DNA from: Clostridia bacterium
Lineage (GTDB): Bacteria > Bacillota > Clostridia > UBA1381 > UMGS1253
DNA length: 64,000 bases
Direction: 5' to 3'
Assembly: GCA_045546315.1 (NCBI GenBank)
Contig: JAZQCN010000059.1
Coordinates: 70,494-134,493, forward strand
Shown here piece by piece: positions 38,533-47,957 of the stretch; within the stretch, counting starts at the first letter, position 1, and every line of letters begins with the position of its first letter. The notes under the pieces were generated by a model that was given only the letters and a program-made list of their open reading frames with translations, ran no database searches and was not told the DNA's origin. The position numbers and the translations under genes were made by a program.

Positions 38533-39264
38533 ATGAAAGCAATTGTACTCGCAGCAGGCAAGGGCAGCCGCCTGCAATCCGAAAAGTTTAACTTACCGAA
38601 GGTGCTTCGCCAGGCAAACGGCAGACCGTTAATCAGCTATGTTTTGGAAAGCATCAACTTTATCGCGCCGGAGGACACAGAAATCGTTGTCGGCTATATG
38701 CGCGAAAAGGTTGTCGAAGCGCTCGGCGATAAATACGGCTACAGCATTCAGGACGAGCAGCTCGGTACAGGTCACGCCGTAATGTGTACGCGTGAGCATA
38801 TGGAGGGCTACGACGGGCAGGTGCTTATCTGCTATGGCGATATGCCACTCGTTAAGCCGGAAACCTACAAGAGCCTCGTTGACAAACACATCGAAAGCGG
38901 TGCGCATTGCACGCTTTTAACCGCCATCGAGGAAAATCCACCTGCCTATGGCAGAATCGTGCGCGATGCAAACGGCAAGCTCGCCTCTATCGTCGAGGAA
39001 AAAGACTGCACGCCGGAGCAAAAGCTGATTAAAGAAGTAAATGTCGGCATTTATGTGTTCGACGCTAAGGAATTGATGGCAGGTCTCGGCGAGCTGAAAA
39101 ACAGCAACGCGCAAAATGAATACTACTTAACCGATATGCCGCAGATTTTCATTGGAAAGGGTTTAACAGTTGAAACCTTCTCCATTGAAAACACAACGGA
39201 ATTCTTCGGTGTAAATACGGTTGAGGACCTTGCGTTCTGCGAAAAGGAGCTTTTGAAGAGATAA
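38533..39264 (+). CDS. sugar-phosphate nucleotidyltransferase, GlmU N-terminal-domain-like (no acetyltransferase domain)
   Basis: MKAIVLAAGKGSRL, QLGTGHAV, YGDMPL motifs. Only 243 aa. Confidence 0.7.
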   Translation: MKAIVLAAGKGSRLQSEKFNLPKVLRQANGRPLISYVLESINFIAPEDTEIVVGYMREKVVEALGDKYGYSIQDEQLGTGHAVMCTREHMEGYDGQVLICYGDMPLVKPETYKSLVDKHIESGAHCTLLTAIEENPPAYGRIVRDANGKLASIVEEKDCTPEQKLIKEVNVGIYVFDAKELMAGLGELKNSNAQNEYYLTDMPQIFIGKGLTVETFSIENTTEFFGVNTVEDLAFCEKELLKR

Positions 39265-39890
39265 TGAAATCCCGTATTTTTGCAATTGTTTTATGCGTTT
39301 TGCTTTTCATTGGTAACGCTGCATATGCTTTCCCGGTAGAGGACGGCGTGGATGCCTATTCGTGGGACACAGCGCCGATGCAGGTTTCCATGCCACAGCC
39401 GAAAAGGCTTGTCGGCTATGTGGAAACAGAAATCGGACGCGCGAAAACCTACTACGAAACCTACGCTTCGCAAGCCAACCGCAACGAGAATATGCGCCTT
39501 GCAACCGTAGCCATCAACGGCACGGTGCTTGAGCCGGGCGAAGTCTTTTCCTACAATCAGACCGTTGGTCCGCGTACGGCAGAGCGCGGCTTCAAGCAGG
39601 CAACAATTTTCGTCGGCAAAGAAAAGGTGCCGGGCTACGGCGGCGGCATTTGCCAGATTTCGTCGACGCTGTATATGGCGACAAAGAAAACAAGCCTGCA
39701 AATCGTTGAGCGCCACGCGCACAGCCTGCCGGTAACCTATTGCAGCCGCGACGATGAGGCTACGGTTTCCTGGGGCTATCTAGATTACCGATTCAAAAAC
39801 AATCTCGACATCCCGGTACGCATCGAGGCAAGTATGGGCGGCGGCGTTTGCAATATTGCAATTTTTGCAATGACCCCTGTTTATGAATAA
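39264..39890 (+). CDS. secreted VanW family protein
   Basis: Signal peptide, then GEVFSYNQTVGPRTAERGF...GGGICQISSTLYMA...VERHAHS. ATGA overlap with the upstream gene. Confidence 0.8.
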   Translation: MKSRIFAIVLCVLLFIGNAAYAFPVEDGVDAYSWDTAPMQVSMPQPKRLVGYVETEIGRAKTYYETYASQANRNENMRLATVAINGTVLEPGEVFSYNQTVGPRTAERGFKQATIFVGKEKVPGYGGGICQISSTLYMATKKTSLQIVERHAHSLPVTYCSRDDEATVSWGYLDYRFKNNLDIPVRIEASMGGGVCNIAIFAMTPVYE

Positions 39891-39897
39891 AGCTTTC

Positions 39898-39935
39898 AAG
39901 AAGGTTTTGCTTTGGCAAAACCTTCTTATTTTTAT
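39898..39935 (+). terminator. intrinsic terminator
   Basis: AAGAAGGTTTTGC-TTTG-GCAAAACCTTCTT followed by a T-run. Confidence 0.75.
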
Positions 39936-39946
39936 TATAATATTGC

Positions 39947-39975
39947 TTGAAATCGTCAACAATCAGTAGTATAAT
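39947..39975 (+). promoter_or_regulatory. sigma-A promoter of the DUF1846 gene
   Basis: TTGAAA-17 nt-TATAAT. Confidence 0.55.
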
Positions 39976-40009
39976 AGTCTATGGTATTTATTTTGTGGGG
40001 GCGGTTTTT

Positions 40010-41476
40010 ATGAACAGAAAAATCGGTTTTGACAATAAAAAATATATTCAGATGCAATCCAAGTATATCGGTGAGCGCGTTTTGGAGTTTGGCGACAAGC
40101 TGTATTTAGAGCTTGGCGGTAAGCTTTTTGACGACCATCACGCGTCCCGCGTACTGCCGGGCTTTGAGCCGGACAGTAAAATCAAAATGCTGATGCATTT
40201 AAAGGACAAGCTCGAAATCGTTATTGTCATCAGTGCGATTGACATTGTGAAAAACAAGGTCAACAGCAACCACAATCTCACCTATGATTTAGATACCATT
40301 CGCTTAATCAATGCGTTTCGCAGCCTGGATTTGCTTGTCGGCAGCATCGTAATTACGCAGTACAGCGGTCAGCCGGCGGCGGATATGTTTAAAAAGCGTC
40401 TGGAGAATATGGGTATTAAAGTGTTTTTGCATTATCCGATTCCGGGCTATCCGTCCAATGTGGAATACATTGTCAGCGACGAAGGCTTCGGCAAAAACGA
40501 ATATGTTGAAACCGAAAAGCAAATCGTTGTCATAACGGCGCCGGGTCCGGGCAGCGGCAAGATGGCAACCTGCCTTTCCCAGCTGTACCACGAAAACAAA
40601 CGCGGCATCAAGGCAGGCTATGCAAAATTTGAAACCTTCCCAATCTGGAATTTACCGCTTAAACACCATGTCAACCTCGCATATGAGGCTGCGACCGTGG
40701 ATTTAAACGATGTCAATATGATTGATCCGTTCCATTTAGAGGCGCACGGCACGACCGCCGTAAACTACAACCGCGACATCGAGGTTTTTCCGGTGCTCAA
40801 CGCGATTATGAAAAAAATCCTCGGCGAAAGCCCCTACAAATCCCCGACGGATATGGGCGTAAATATGGCAGGCAACTGTATCGTTGACGACGAGGTTTGC
40901 CGCCAGGCCTCCAAGGATGAAATCATCCGCCGCTACTATCAGGTGTTAAAGGATAAAATCAACGGCAAGTGCGACGACGATGTGGTCTATAAAATGCAGC
41001 TGATTATGAAGCAGGCAGAGGTTGACTGTCATCAGCGCCCGGTTGTGGGTGCAGCGCTTGACAAAGCAAAGGAAACCGGACATACCGCCTGTGCAATTCA
41101 ACTGCTGGACGGCAGAATGGTCACCGGCAAAACCTCAGATTTGCTCGGTGCTTCCAGCGCAGCGCTATTGAATGCATTAAAAACCGTTACCGGAATTGAC
41201 GATGACATTCATTTAATCTCTCCGGAGGTTATCGAGCCGCTGCAAGGCTTAAAAACCAATCATTTCGGCAGCAAGAATCCGCGACTGCATATGGACGAAA
41301 CCTTAATTGCGCTTTCTATCTGTGCCGCAAGCGATGCCGTTGCAAAAAAAGCACTCGCCGGCTTAAGCGAGCTAAAGGGCGCGCAGGCGCACTCGACCGT
41401 CCTGCTTTCCCAGGTCGATGAGCGTGTGTTTAAAAAACTTGGTATGCACTTAACCTGCGAAGCCGTTTACAAGTAA
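40010..41476 (+). CDS. DUF1846 / UPF0371 family protein
   Basis: Start MNRKIGFDNKKYIQMQS...LYLELGGKLFDDHHASRVLPGF is the family N-terminus. 488 aa. Confidence 0.8.
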   Translation: MNRKIGFDNKKYIQMQSKYIGERVLEFGDKLYLELGGKLFDDHHASRVLPGFEPDSKIKMLMHLKDKLEIVIVISAIDIVKNKVNSNHNLTYDLDTIRLINAFRSLDLLVGSIVITQYSGQPAADMFKKRLENMGIKVFLHYPIPGYPSNVEYIVSDEGFGKNEYVETEKQIVVITAPGPGSGKMATCLSQLYHENKRGIKAGYAKFETFPIWNLPLKHHVNLAYEAATVDLNDVNMIDPFHLEAHGTTAVNYNRDIEVFPVLNAIMKKILGESPYKSPTDMGVNMAGNCIVDDEVCRQASKDEIIRRYYQVLKDKINGKCDDDVVYKMQLIMKQAEVDCHQRPVVGAALDKAKETGHTACAIQLLDGRMVTGKTSDLLGASSAALLNALKTVTGIDDDIHLISPEVIEPLQGLKTNHFGSKNPRLHMDETLIALSICAASDAVAKKALAGLSELKGAQAHSTVLLSQVDERVFKKLGMHLTCEAVYK

Positions 41477-41481
41477 AAATT

Positions 41482-41513
41482 AAAAGCCATTTTCATTTGA
41501 AAATGGCTTTTTT
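41482..41513. terminator. bidirectional intrinsic terminator
   Basis: AAAAGCCATTTTC-ATTT-GAAAATGGCTTTT. Confidence 0.75.
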
Positions 41514-42000
41514 ATTCCTTCGGCGGTACGCGGTCAACAGAAAACAGTTTTACCTCCTGCTCAATTGCGTATTTTACCGTATATGCCGTTCCGCCCCTTG
41601 TTTGTCGCATAAATATGATGCCGCAGCAGCTTTCATCCACCATGCGGCGATTGCGCGCGTGCATACAATAGCTTGTATAATGCTCGCTCACATATTCCAC
41701 CAAATCTGCCGCAGATAGTATTTCGCGGTAAATCTTTTGGTCGCCACGACTCCAACGCAACGCCTGGTCCTTGCAGGGTAAAATCAGTTGCAGGCGAATA
41801 TCTGCATTCTTTTTTTGCAGCGCAAGCACCGCGCGTGCCGCCAAGGTGTCAAAGCCGCGTGCACCGCCACAGATAAAGGTGCGTATATTCATTTTTTCTG
41901 CCAGAGTTTCACAGAGCAAATAGGTGTTTTCATAAATACGCGCCTCCTCTGCAGGAGGAATGTCTCTGTGCCCGGTGAAAAAGCAGGTCTGTTCTCTCAT
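41512..42000 (-). CDS. SLOG family protein (DUF1273, YpsA-like)
   Basis: CFFTGHRD...FICGGARGFDTLAARAVL... pattern. ATG at 42000 has SD GGAGAG. Confidence 0.65.
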   Translation of the reverse strand: MREQTCFFTGHRDIPPAEEARIYENTYLLCETLAEKMNIRTFICGGARGFDTLAARAVLALQKKNADIRLQLILPCKDQALRWSRGDQKIYREILSAADLVEYVSEHYTSYCMHARNRRMVDESCCGIIFMRQTRGGTAYTVKYAIEQEVKLFSVDRVPPKE

Positions 42001-42020
42001 ACCGCTCTCCGTTTCCGACA

Positions 42021-42054
42021 AAAAACCGCCCTTGCTGTTGCAAAGGCGGTTTTT
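42021..42054 (-). terminator. intrinsic terminator of the 603-aa SLH gene
   Basis: Minus strand AAAACCGCCTTTGC...GCAAGGGCGGTTTT followed by T-run. Confidence 0.65.
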
Positions 42055-42065
42055 ATCAGCTTAAA

Positions 42066-43877
42066 TTATTTGTTGACTACCATGATGCTTGTTGCTTCAA
42101 ATGTGCCAATCTTTTCAACGCCGACTGCAAAAACCGAATCGCCTTCTGCCAGAGCTTCCAGCTTTACAATCGCTGCATTCGAGCCGGCACGAATGGAGGT
42201 CTTCTCCGTAACGAAAATCTGCTTCGTTACAATTTCTCCCGTTGCCGGATCTATCATAGAAACATTGATAAAGCCACGCTGCGGATTTACAAGTACAACC
42301 GTACCGGTTACATTGTTTTGTGTTGCAACACTTGTTACCGTAATCTTGCTTGCCGTATCGCTCTCGGTCGATACCTTTACATTATAGCCAAGCACCAAAT
42401 CATAGATGTCGCCGCTCTTATCGTCGATATTGATTTTCGTATCCATCGTCAGATAGATGGTCTTTGTGTTCGTTTCCGAAATCTTAATCGTGATATACGG
42501 CATTTCCTTTTCGATGTGAATTGCAGTAATTGTGCCGTTTACTGTAGAGGTCTTGGAGGTAGCTGCAATTGCCGTAATCTCGCCGTAGTTTACAGTGAGA
42601 TTGATGCTGTCGCCTGCGAGCAGGTTGTTGATTGTCGCTTCCTTGCCGTTGCGCTTAACGGTTATGTTTTCTGCAATCGGGAGCTTTGCCTCAACGCCCT
42701 TGTTCGTGAATACAAGAATGTTTGTTTCGCCCTCGTGCTCCATACCAACCACTGCTGCACCGTCAATCTGCTTTGTCTTTGTTTCTGCATCAATATGTAC
42801 AACCTTGCCGCCAACGAAGGTTACATATACATAGTCTGTTTCGGAAATTGCCGTCAGGGATGCTCTCTTTTCACCGTTTACGGTATAAGTTACCGTACCC
42901 TCGGAAAGAATGTAGCTCTCCGTGGTATTCACGCCGCCTTCCTTATCATATACCTTAATAAAGGTGCCGCGGGAATCCGTAAACGAACCGCGATAGATAC
43001 CCTCAACCATCTTTACATTGCTTTCGCTTTCCTCTGTTTCAGCTGCATCAATCGCTAAAATGCCCTGGTAGGTTTTTACGATGGTCACATAGTCACCGTT
43101 TTCGATTTCGTCTGCTGCTACAGCTTCACCGTCTCTGTGAATTGCAGCTGTCGCCGGAATGGCAAAGCTTTCACCGTTTACGGTCAAGCCGCTCCCGGAA
43201 ACCTCTGTTGCTGTACCGCTGATATAGCTTAAGTCAAGCATTTCCATTGTGCGCTTGAGCATAACCGTAACCTGGCCGCGCGTTACGCCGGTATTCGGGG
43301 AGAAGGTATTGTCGCCCATACCGGACATAATACCCTTCTTGGTTACAAAGTCAATGTAGCCCTTCGCCTCATTCGGGAAGGTATCCGCATCGGTGTAGTC
43401 GAAAACAAACATTACCGCATTTGCAACTTCATCTTCACCGTTTAAAATCTTTGTAATCAGCTTTGCAGCCTCGTGGCGCTTCATTGGCTCCTGCTTTCTG
43501 TCCTCCGACAGGTAGGTATCCAAATCGTCTGTTGTCAGAACGCCGCGATATAACATAAAGCAGAGCTCTTTTACCGCATAAGTCTGGTAGTTTTCTGCAA
43601 CCGATGCATACAGCTCCTGCGCATAAGCAACTGCCTGTGCGTTCTTTTCATCATTCACACCAATCACGCGTGCAAACAGTGTAAATGCTTCCTGATTCGT
43701 AATCGTGTTTTCCGGCTTAAAGGTGCCGTCTTCATAGCCGCGAACAATCCCAAGCCCGGAAAGCTCCTGTACATAGCTGTCAGACCAATGGCCTTCCATA
43801 TCCGTAAACGAAGCTGCCTGCGCCGTTACCGCCAACACCATCATCAATGCCAGCATTGTTGCCAGAACTTTTTTCAT
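42066..43877 (-). CDS. SLH-domain surface protein (603 aa)
   Basis: Signal peptide MKKVLATMLALMMVLAVTAQA. SLH repeats (FTDMEGHW...VRGYEDGTFKPENTITNQEAF; FPNEAKGYIDFVTKKGIMSGMGDNTFSPNTGVTRGQV). Confidence 0.8.
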   Translation of the reverse strand: MKKVLATMLALMMVLAVTAQAASFTDMEGHWSDSYVQELSGLGIVRGYEDGTFKPENTITNQEAFTLFARVIGVNDEKNAQAVAYAQELYASVAENYQTYAVKELCFMLYRGVLTTDDLDTYLSEDRKQEPMKRHEAAKLITKILNGEDEVANAVMFVFDYTDADTFPNEAKGYIDFVTKKGIMSGMGDNTFSPNTGVTRGQVTVMLKRTMEMLDLSYISGTATEVSGSGLTVNGESFAIPATAAIHRDGEAVAADEIENGDYVTIVKTYQGILAIDAAETEESESNVKMVEGIYRGSFTDSRGTFIKVYDKEGGVNTTESYILSEGTVTYTVNGEKRASLTAISETDYVYVTFVGGKVVHIDAETKTKQIDGAAVVGMEHEGETNILVFTNKGVEAKLPIAENITVKRNGKEATINNLLAGDSINLTVNYGEITAIAATSKTSTVNGTITAIHIEKEMPYITIKISETNTKTIYLTMDTKINIDDKSGDIYDLVLGYNVKVSTESDTASKITVTSVATQNNVTGTVVLVNPQRGFINVSMIDPATGEIVTKQIFVTEKTSIRAGSNAAIVKLEALAEGDSVFAVGVEKIGTFEATSIMVVNK

Positions 43878-43927
43878 AATACTCTGCCTCCTCTTTGTTT
43901 TGTACTATATAATGTCCTTATGCTACA

Positions 43928-43955
43928 ATTATACCACAAAATATCCACATGTAAA
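43928..43955 (-). promoter_or_regulatory. sigma-A promoter of the 603-aa SLH gene
   Basis: Minus strand TTTACA-16 nt-TATAAT with a TGG extended -10. Confidence 0.5.
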
Positions 43956-43997
43956 TAGGTTTTTTATTAAGTATATGTAACAAATTTCCACACAGCA

Positions 43998-44026
43998 GCA
44001 TCTTTGCAGTCCGCCGGGCATACATT
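43998..44026 (+). promoter_or_regulatory. possible mother-cell (sigma-E-type) sporulation promoter
   Basis: GCATCTT-14 nt-CATACATT compared with the B. subtilis sigma-E consensus as I recall it (kmATAww-14-CATACAhT). 25 nt before the first small ORF. Confidence 0.35.
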
Positions 44027-44051
44027 GTAAGTGAAGAAGGGGGGCTGAAGT

Positions 44052-44303
44052 ATGGCAAGTAAAAAGGAAGAAGAACTCCTTTCCGCGCTGGGAGACGATA
44101 CGCTGCGCGACATTCGTGCGCTTTCCTCTACGCGCGAAGGCAGACAGCTCAAAAAAGAGCTGGAGGGCATCGACACGAAAAAGCTTTTAAAAACCTTTGC
44201 AGACATGGACAAAGAAACCATAAAAGAGCGGCTGAAGCACATTGATGCCGCCAGCTTGAAAAAGGCTTTGGAAAGCAAATCTTTTCTCGACAAACTGAAA
44301 TAG
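44052..44303 (+). CDS. hypothetical small charged helical protein (83 aa)
   Basis: ATG with a G-rich SD. Lys/Glu-rich. First of three small ORFs in front of spoIID. Confidence 0.5.
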   Translation: MASKKEEELLSALGDDTLRDIRALSSTREGRQLKKELEGIDTKKLLKTFADMDKETIKERLKHIDAASLKKALESKSFLDKLK

Positions 44304-44316
44304 GGAGGCGAAGGCC

Positions 44317-44658
44317 GTGGCAGACGGACTGGACGGCGCAATTGACACCTTAAAAGAAATACTCAACAGTCCCGATGCGGCGGACACCATTTCCTCTATG
44401 CTCGGTGCAGTCGGCATCGGCGGCGATGCGCCGCCCAAGGCAGAGGCCGCGCCTGCGCTGCCGCCGGAAATGCTGACAAAAGTAATGACGGCGTACAAAT
44501 CGCTCGGCAGCGGCAATGCAGATAATCGCGTTACGCTGCTGCGCGCTGTCCGCCCGTTTATGCGCAAATCCAGGCAAGGCGATGTCGATACGGCAATTCA
44601 GCTTTTAACGCTTCTGCGCCTGATGCCGCTGCTCGGCGAATTCAAAGACCTGATTTAG
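44317..44658 (+). CDS. hypothetical protein (113 aa)
   Basis: GTG start 8 nt after SD GGGAGG. No family recognised. Confidence 0.5.
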   Translation: MADGLDGAIDTLKEILNSPDAADTISSMLGAVGIGGDAPPKAEAAPALPPEMLTKVMTAYKSLGSGNADNRVTLLRAVRPFMRKSRQGDVDTAIQLLTLLRLMPLLGEFKDLI

Positions 44659-44671
44659 GCGGTGATGCACT

Positions 44672-44929
44672 ATGTACAGACGCTATTACAGATATAATGA
44701 CCCGGTACCGGGGCAAAAGCGACCCGCGCAGCCGCCTCCACCGCAGCCACCTGCGCCAAAGCCGGAAAAACCAAATATACCGTTCGAGCTTGACCGCTTA
44801 TTTTCCGGCGTAGAAAAGGATGACCTGGTTTTAGTCGGGCTAATCCTTTTGCTTTTGCTCGGCGAAGAAAAGGACGCGCCCGATTGGCCGCTCCTTTTAG
44901 CACTCGTATATCTACTGCTTCGAAAATAG
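44672..44929 (+). CDS. hypothetical Pro-rich small membrane protein (85 aa)
   Basis: N-terminal PAQPPPPQPPAPKPEKP, C-terminal hydrophobic LVLVGLILLLLLG...LLLALVYLLL. Confidence 0.5.
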   Translation: MYRRYYRYNDPVPGQKRPAQPPPPQPPAPKPEKPNIPFELDRLFSGVEKDDLVLVGLILLLLLGEEKDAPDWPLLLALVYLLLRK

Positions 44930-44938
44930 AGGGATTCT

Positions 44939-45913
44939 ATGAAAAGACTGATGATTATGCTTTTAATTTATACCCTTATTATACTCGGTTTGCCGCTTTT
45001 AATTGTTGCACTGACACGCGGGCTGCCGCAGCAGCCTGCCGGCGGCGAGCCGATTGCAAATATTACGACCTATATTGCTGCAGAGGACAAGGTGGTTGAA
45101 ATGGATTTTTCGACCTATCTGAAAGGCGTTGTTGCCGCAGAAATGCCGGCAAGCTTTCATGCAGAGGCGCTGCGCGCCCAAGCCGTTGCCGCGCGCAGTT
45201 ACATTCTGTATCGGCGCGAGGGCTATTTAAGCGGCGGCATCCCCGATGCACACCACGGTGCTCATATTTGTACAGATCCGGCACACTGCAAGGCATGGAA
45301 AAGTGAGGACGAGCTTCGTGCCGCCTGGGGCAAGGATTACGATATACATATGCAAAAAATCGCCGACGCAGTAGACAGCACTGCCGGCATTGTTTTAACC
45401 TATGACGGCGCGCTTGTTAACGCCGTTTTTCATTCCACCTCCTCAGGGCAAACGGAGAGCGCAGCAGATGTCTGGGGGAGCGAGGTAGACTATTTAGTCA
45501 GCGTTGCAAGCTATGGCGACGAGCTTTCGCCGCGCTACGCCTCTTCGCTGACGCTTTCCGCGGAAGAATATAAAACAAAGCTGCAAAGCGTCTATCCGGA
45601 GGCAAGCTTTCCGGAAGGCACCGCTCTGGTCAACGAAATACTGCGCTCACCTGCCGGCGGCATCAAAAAAATTACAACCGGCGGCATAGAACTGAGCGGC
45701 ACGCATTTCCGCAACCTGTTCGGTCTGCAAAGCACAAACATTCAGTTTACGCAAAGCGCCGCCTCTATCACAATGTCCGTTAAAGGAAACGGGCACGGCG
45801 TAGGCATGAGCCAATACGGTGCAAACTACCTTGCAGGTCAGGGAAAAAGCTATATAGACATTTTGAAAGCCTACTACAGCGGCGTAAATGTGCAGCCCTA
45901 TACCACAAAGTAA
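44939..45913 (+). CDS. spoIID: stage II sporulation protein D (lytic transglycosylase)
   Basis: YLKGVVAAEMPASFHAEALRAQAVAARSY...VFHSTSSGQTESAADVWG...GHGVGMSQYGA is the SpoIID signature. Confidence 0.9.
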   Translation: MKRLMIMLLIYTLIILGLPLLIVALTRGLPQQPAGGEPIANITTYIAAEDKVVEMDFSTYLKGVVAAEMPASFHAEALRAQAVAARSYILYRREGYLSGGIPDAHHGAHICTDPAHCKAWKSEDELRAAWGKDYDIHMQKIADAVDSTAGIVLTYDGALVNAVFHSTSSGQTESAADVWGSEVDYLVSVASYGDELSPRYASSLTLSAEEYKTKLQSVYPEASFPEGTALVNEILRSPAGGIKKITTGGIELSGTHFRNLFGLQSTNIQFTQSAASITMSVKGNGHGVGMSQYGANYLAGQGKSYIDILKAYYSGVNVQPYTTK

Positions 45914-46080
45914 GCGCATATACCTACATACATCGCGCAAAACGCAAAATATGCGTTATAGTTATATTATAATCACAATATATTGTGTATATAAGTCGAA
46001 TTGCGCGCTCGCTTTTTCTTTCAATTCTTCCTGTTTTATGGTATAATAAAGACACAGAAAACAAAAGAAAGGTGATTGTT

Positions 46081-46428
46081 TTGGACAAGCAGCTATACAC
46101 ATCGAAAAAGGTTGAAAATGCTGAAGAAGGGCGTGCTTTCCTTTTGGAATATTATGTGACAGAGGACGAGATGCCAATCGGCGACTGCATCAGCGTCATA
46201 TCCTACGGTGTAGAGATTGTGATGCGCAGCCGCCTGCAAATCGAAGCCTCGCGCGCAAGCTTTCTTTTTACCGAAAGAGCACAGGCTGAGGATTTCGCCG
46301 CGCTTTTAGCCAAGGATGCAACCTTCCCGGTTTCGCTTGCCGGAATTGTGGAAGATGTACTTGCCGGGCAGGAAATCTCCCGAACCGTATGCAAGCCGAC
46401 AGTGCAATGCTTTACGGCAAGTGCATAA
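46081..46428 (+). CDS. hypothetical protein (about 115 aa)
   Basis: In-frame TTG at 46081 after SD AAGGTGA and an extended -10 promoter (TGGTATAAT at 46039..46047). No family recognised. Confidence 0.45.
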   Translation: MDKQLYTSKKVENAEEGRAFLLEYYVTEDEMPIGDCISVISYGVEIVMRSRLQIEASRASFLFTERAQAEDFAALLAKDATFPVSLAGIVEDVLAGQEISRTVCKPTVQCFTASA

Positions 46429-46430
46429 GA

Positions 46431-46463
46431 AAAAACGATGTTCATAATGAACATCGTTTTTTG
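46431..46463. terminator. bidirectional intrinsic terminator
   Basis: A6-CGATGTTCA-TAA-TGAACATCG-T6. Confidence 0.8.
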
Positions 46464-46473
46464 TTTTCCGATA

Positions 46474-47259
46474 TTAAATAAAGCACATTACATTCGTGTT
46501 TGCTTCCGATAAGTACAAAGGCGGGCAGTCTGCGCCGAGCGCTTTTTTCAAAATGCTTTCAAACAGCTCACGACAAATAATCTCCGTGGTATAATGGTCG
46601 ATATCCAAAATGCACATGCCGCGCGCTGCATATTCGCGCATCTGCGGATAGGAAAAATCGCCGCTCAAAAACAAATCTGCACCCATCTGTGCTGCGGATG
46701 CACAAAGCGATGCACCGCCGCCGGTGTTAACCGCTACGCGGGTGATTATCTTTTCTTTATCGCCGCAAAAGCGTGCACCCTGCGCACCGAGCACCTGCTT
46801 TGCATGCTGTGCAAAGGCATATGCTGTTTGCGGCTCTACCTTACCAATTCTGCCGATGCCCTCGCCCGGCACTTCAACCGCTTCAACGCTTTCGGTTTCT
46901 GTTAGCCCGAGCTTTTCCGCCAAAAGGTCATTTAGACCACCGTTTGCAATATCCAGATTTGTGTGCGCCGCATAGTAGGTAATACCATAGCAAAACAGCT
47001 TCTCAATTGCGCGCGTCTCCGGTGCATCCATCGTTAAAGTTTTTGTGCCGCGGTACATAATCGGGTGATGCCCGATAATCAGATTCGCACCAAGGCGCTT
47101 TGCTTCCTCTGCGACCTCCGCATCCAGATCCAGTGTCAGCAAAATCCCTGTGACCTCCTTCTCCGCATCGCCGCACAAAAAGCCGACATTATCTTTACTG
47201 TAAGCAATACGCTGCGGTGCAGCTGCTTCAAGAACCTCTACAATTTCTCTGCATTTCAT
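46474..47259 (-). CDS. Nif3-like dinuclear metal center protein (YqfO family)
   Basis: DNVGFLCGD...ANLIIGHHPIMYRG...YAAHTNLD pattern. Classic pairing with trmK. Confidence 0.85.
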   Translation of the reverse strand: MKCREIVEVLEAAAPQRIAYSKDNVGFLCGDAEKEVTGILLTLDLDAEVAEEAKRLGANLIIGHHPIMYRGTKTLTMDAPETRAIEKLFCYGITYYAAHTNLDIANGGLNDLLAEKLGLTETESVEAVEVPGEGIGRIGKVEPQTAYAFAQHAKQVLGAQGARFCGDKEKIITRVAVNTGGGASLCASAAQMGADLFLSGDFSYPQMREYAARGMCILDIDHYTTEIICRELFESILKKALGADCPPLYLSEANTNVMCFI

Positions 47260-47957
47260 AACCCATTCTCCTTTTCAAAAGCATCATACATTGCCAGCTT
47301 TTTTTCAAAGCCACGCTTCAGCTTTGCGTCCTCCGCCTGCGCCGTATTTTGCACAATCCCTTCCAAAATCCGCTTTTTCCAGGCATAATATTCCGAAAAC
47401 AGCGGTAGCTTCGCCTGCCGCAAGACTGGCGAAAACGCACAGTCAAACGCATCAAAGTCACCGGTACTGCCAAGGCGCACCTCCAAAACCGTATAAATGC
47501 GACGCTCCTCGCGCACCAAATGCTCTGCCAGAATTTCAAAGCCGTTTTCGTATAGATACCTTCTCAAATCCTCATCAGCGCGCATCGGCTGCAAAAACAA
47601 TCTCGTATCCTTTGTAAGCAGGTGCTTGCCGGCAGTCAAAATGTCCGCAATCACCAAGCCGCCCATACCGGCAATCACAATCGCTTCCGCCTCGCCCGGC
47701 TGCAAGGTCAAAAGTCCATCTCCGAGGCGCAATGCAATGCTTTGCTCCTGCCCGAAGCGCACGATGTTCTCCCTTGCCTTGTCGTGCGGGCCCTGCGCAA
47801 CATCAGATGCAATCACCCGTACACCGCTGCGCGCAAGCAAAATAGAAAGATACGCATGATCGCAGCCGATATCGGCAACCGTTGTATATTTTTTTGTTAA
47901 ATCGACCAGAAGCTCCAGCCGAGGTGTACTGTGACATAATAAATCGCTGCTGCACAT
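47256..47957 (-). CDS. trmK: tRNA (adenine22-N1)-methyltransferase
   Basis: PRLELLVDLTKKYTTVADIGCDHAYLSILLA is collinear with the B. subtilis TrmK N-terminus. ATG at 47957 lies 5 nt after a GGAGG SD. Overlaps the ppk 3' end by 61 nt. Confidence 0.8.
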   Translation of the reverse strand: MCSSDLLCHSTPRLELLVDLTKKYTTVADIGCDHAYLSILLARSGVRVIASDVAQGPHDKARENIVRFGQEQSIALRLGDGLLTLQPGEAEAIVIAGMGGLVIADILTAGKHLLTKDTRLFLQPMRADEDLRRYLYENGFEILAEHLVREERRIYTVLEVRLGSTGDFDAFDCAFSPVLRQAKLPLFSEYYAWKKRILEGIVQNTAQAEDAKLKRGFEKKLAMYDAFEKENGL

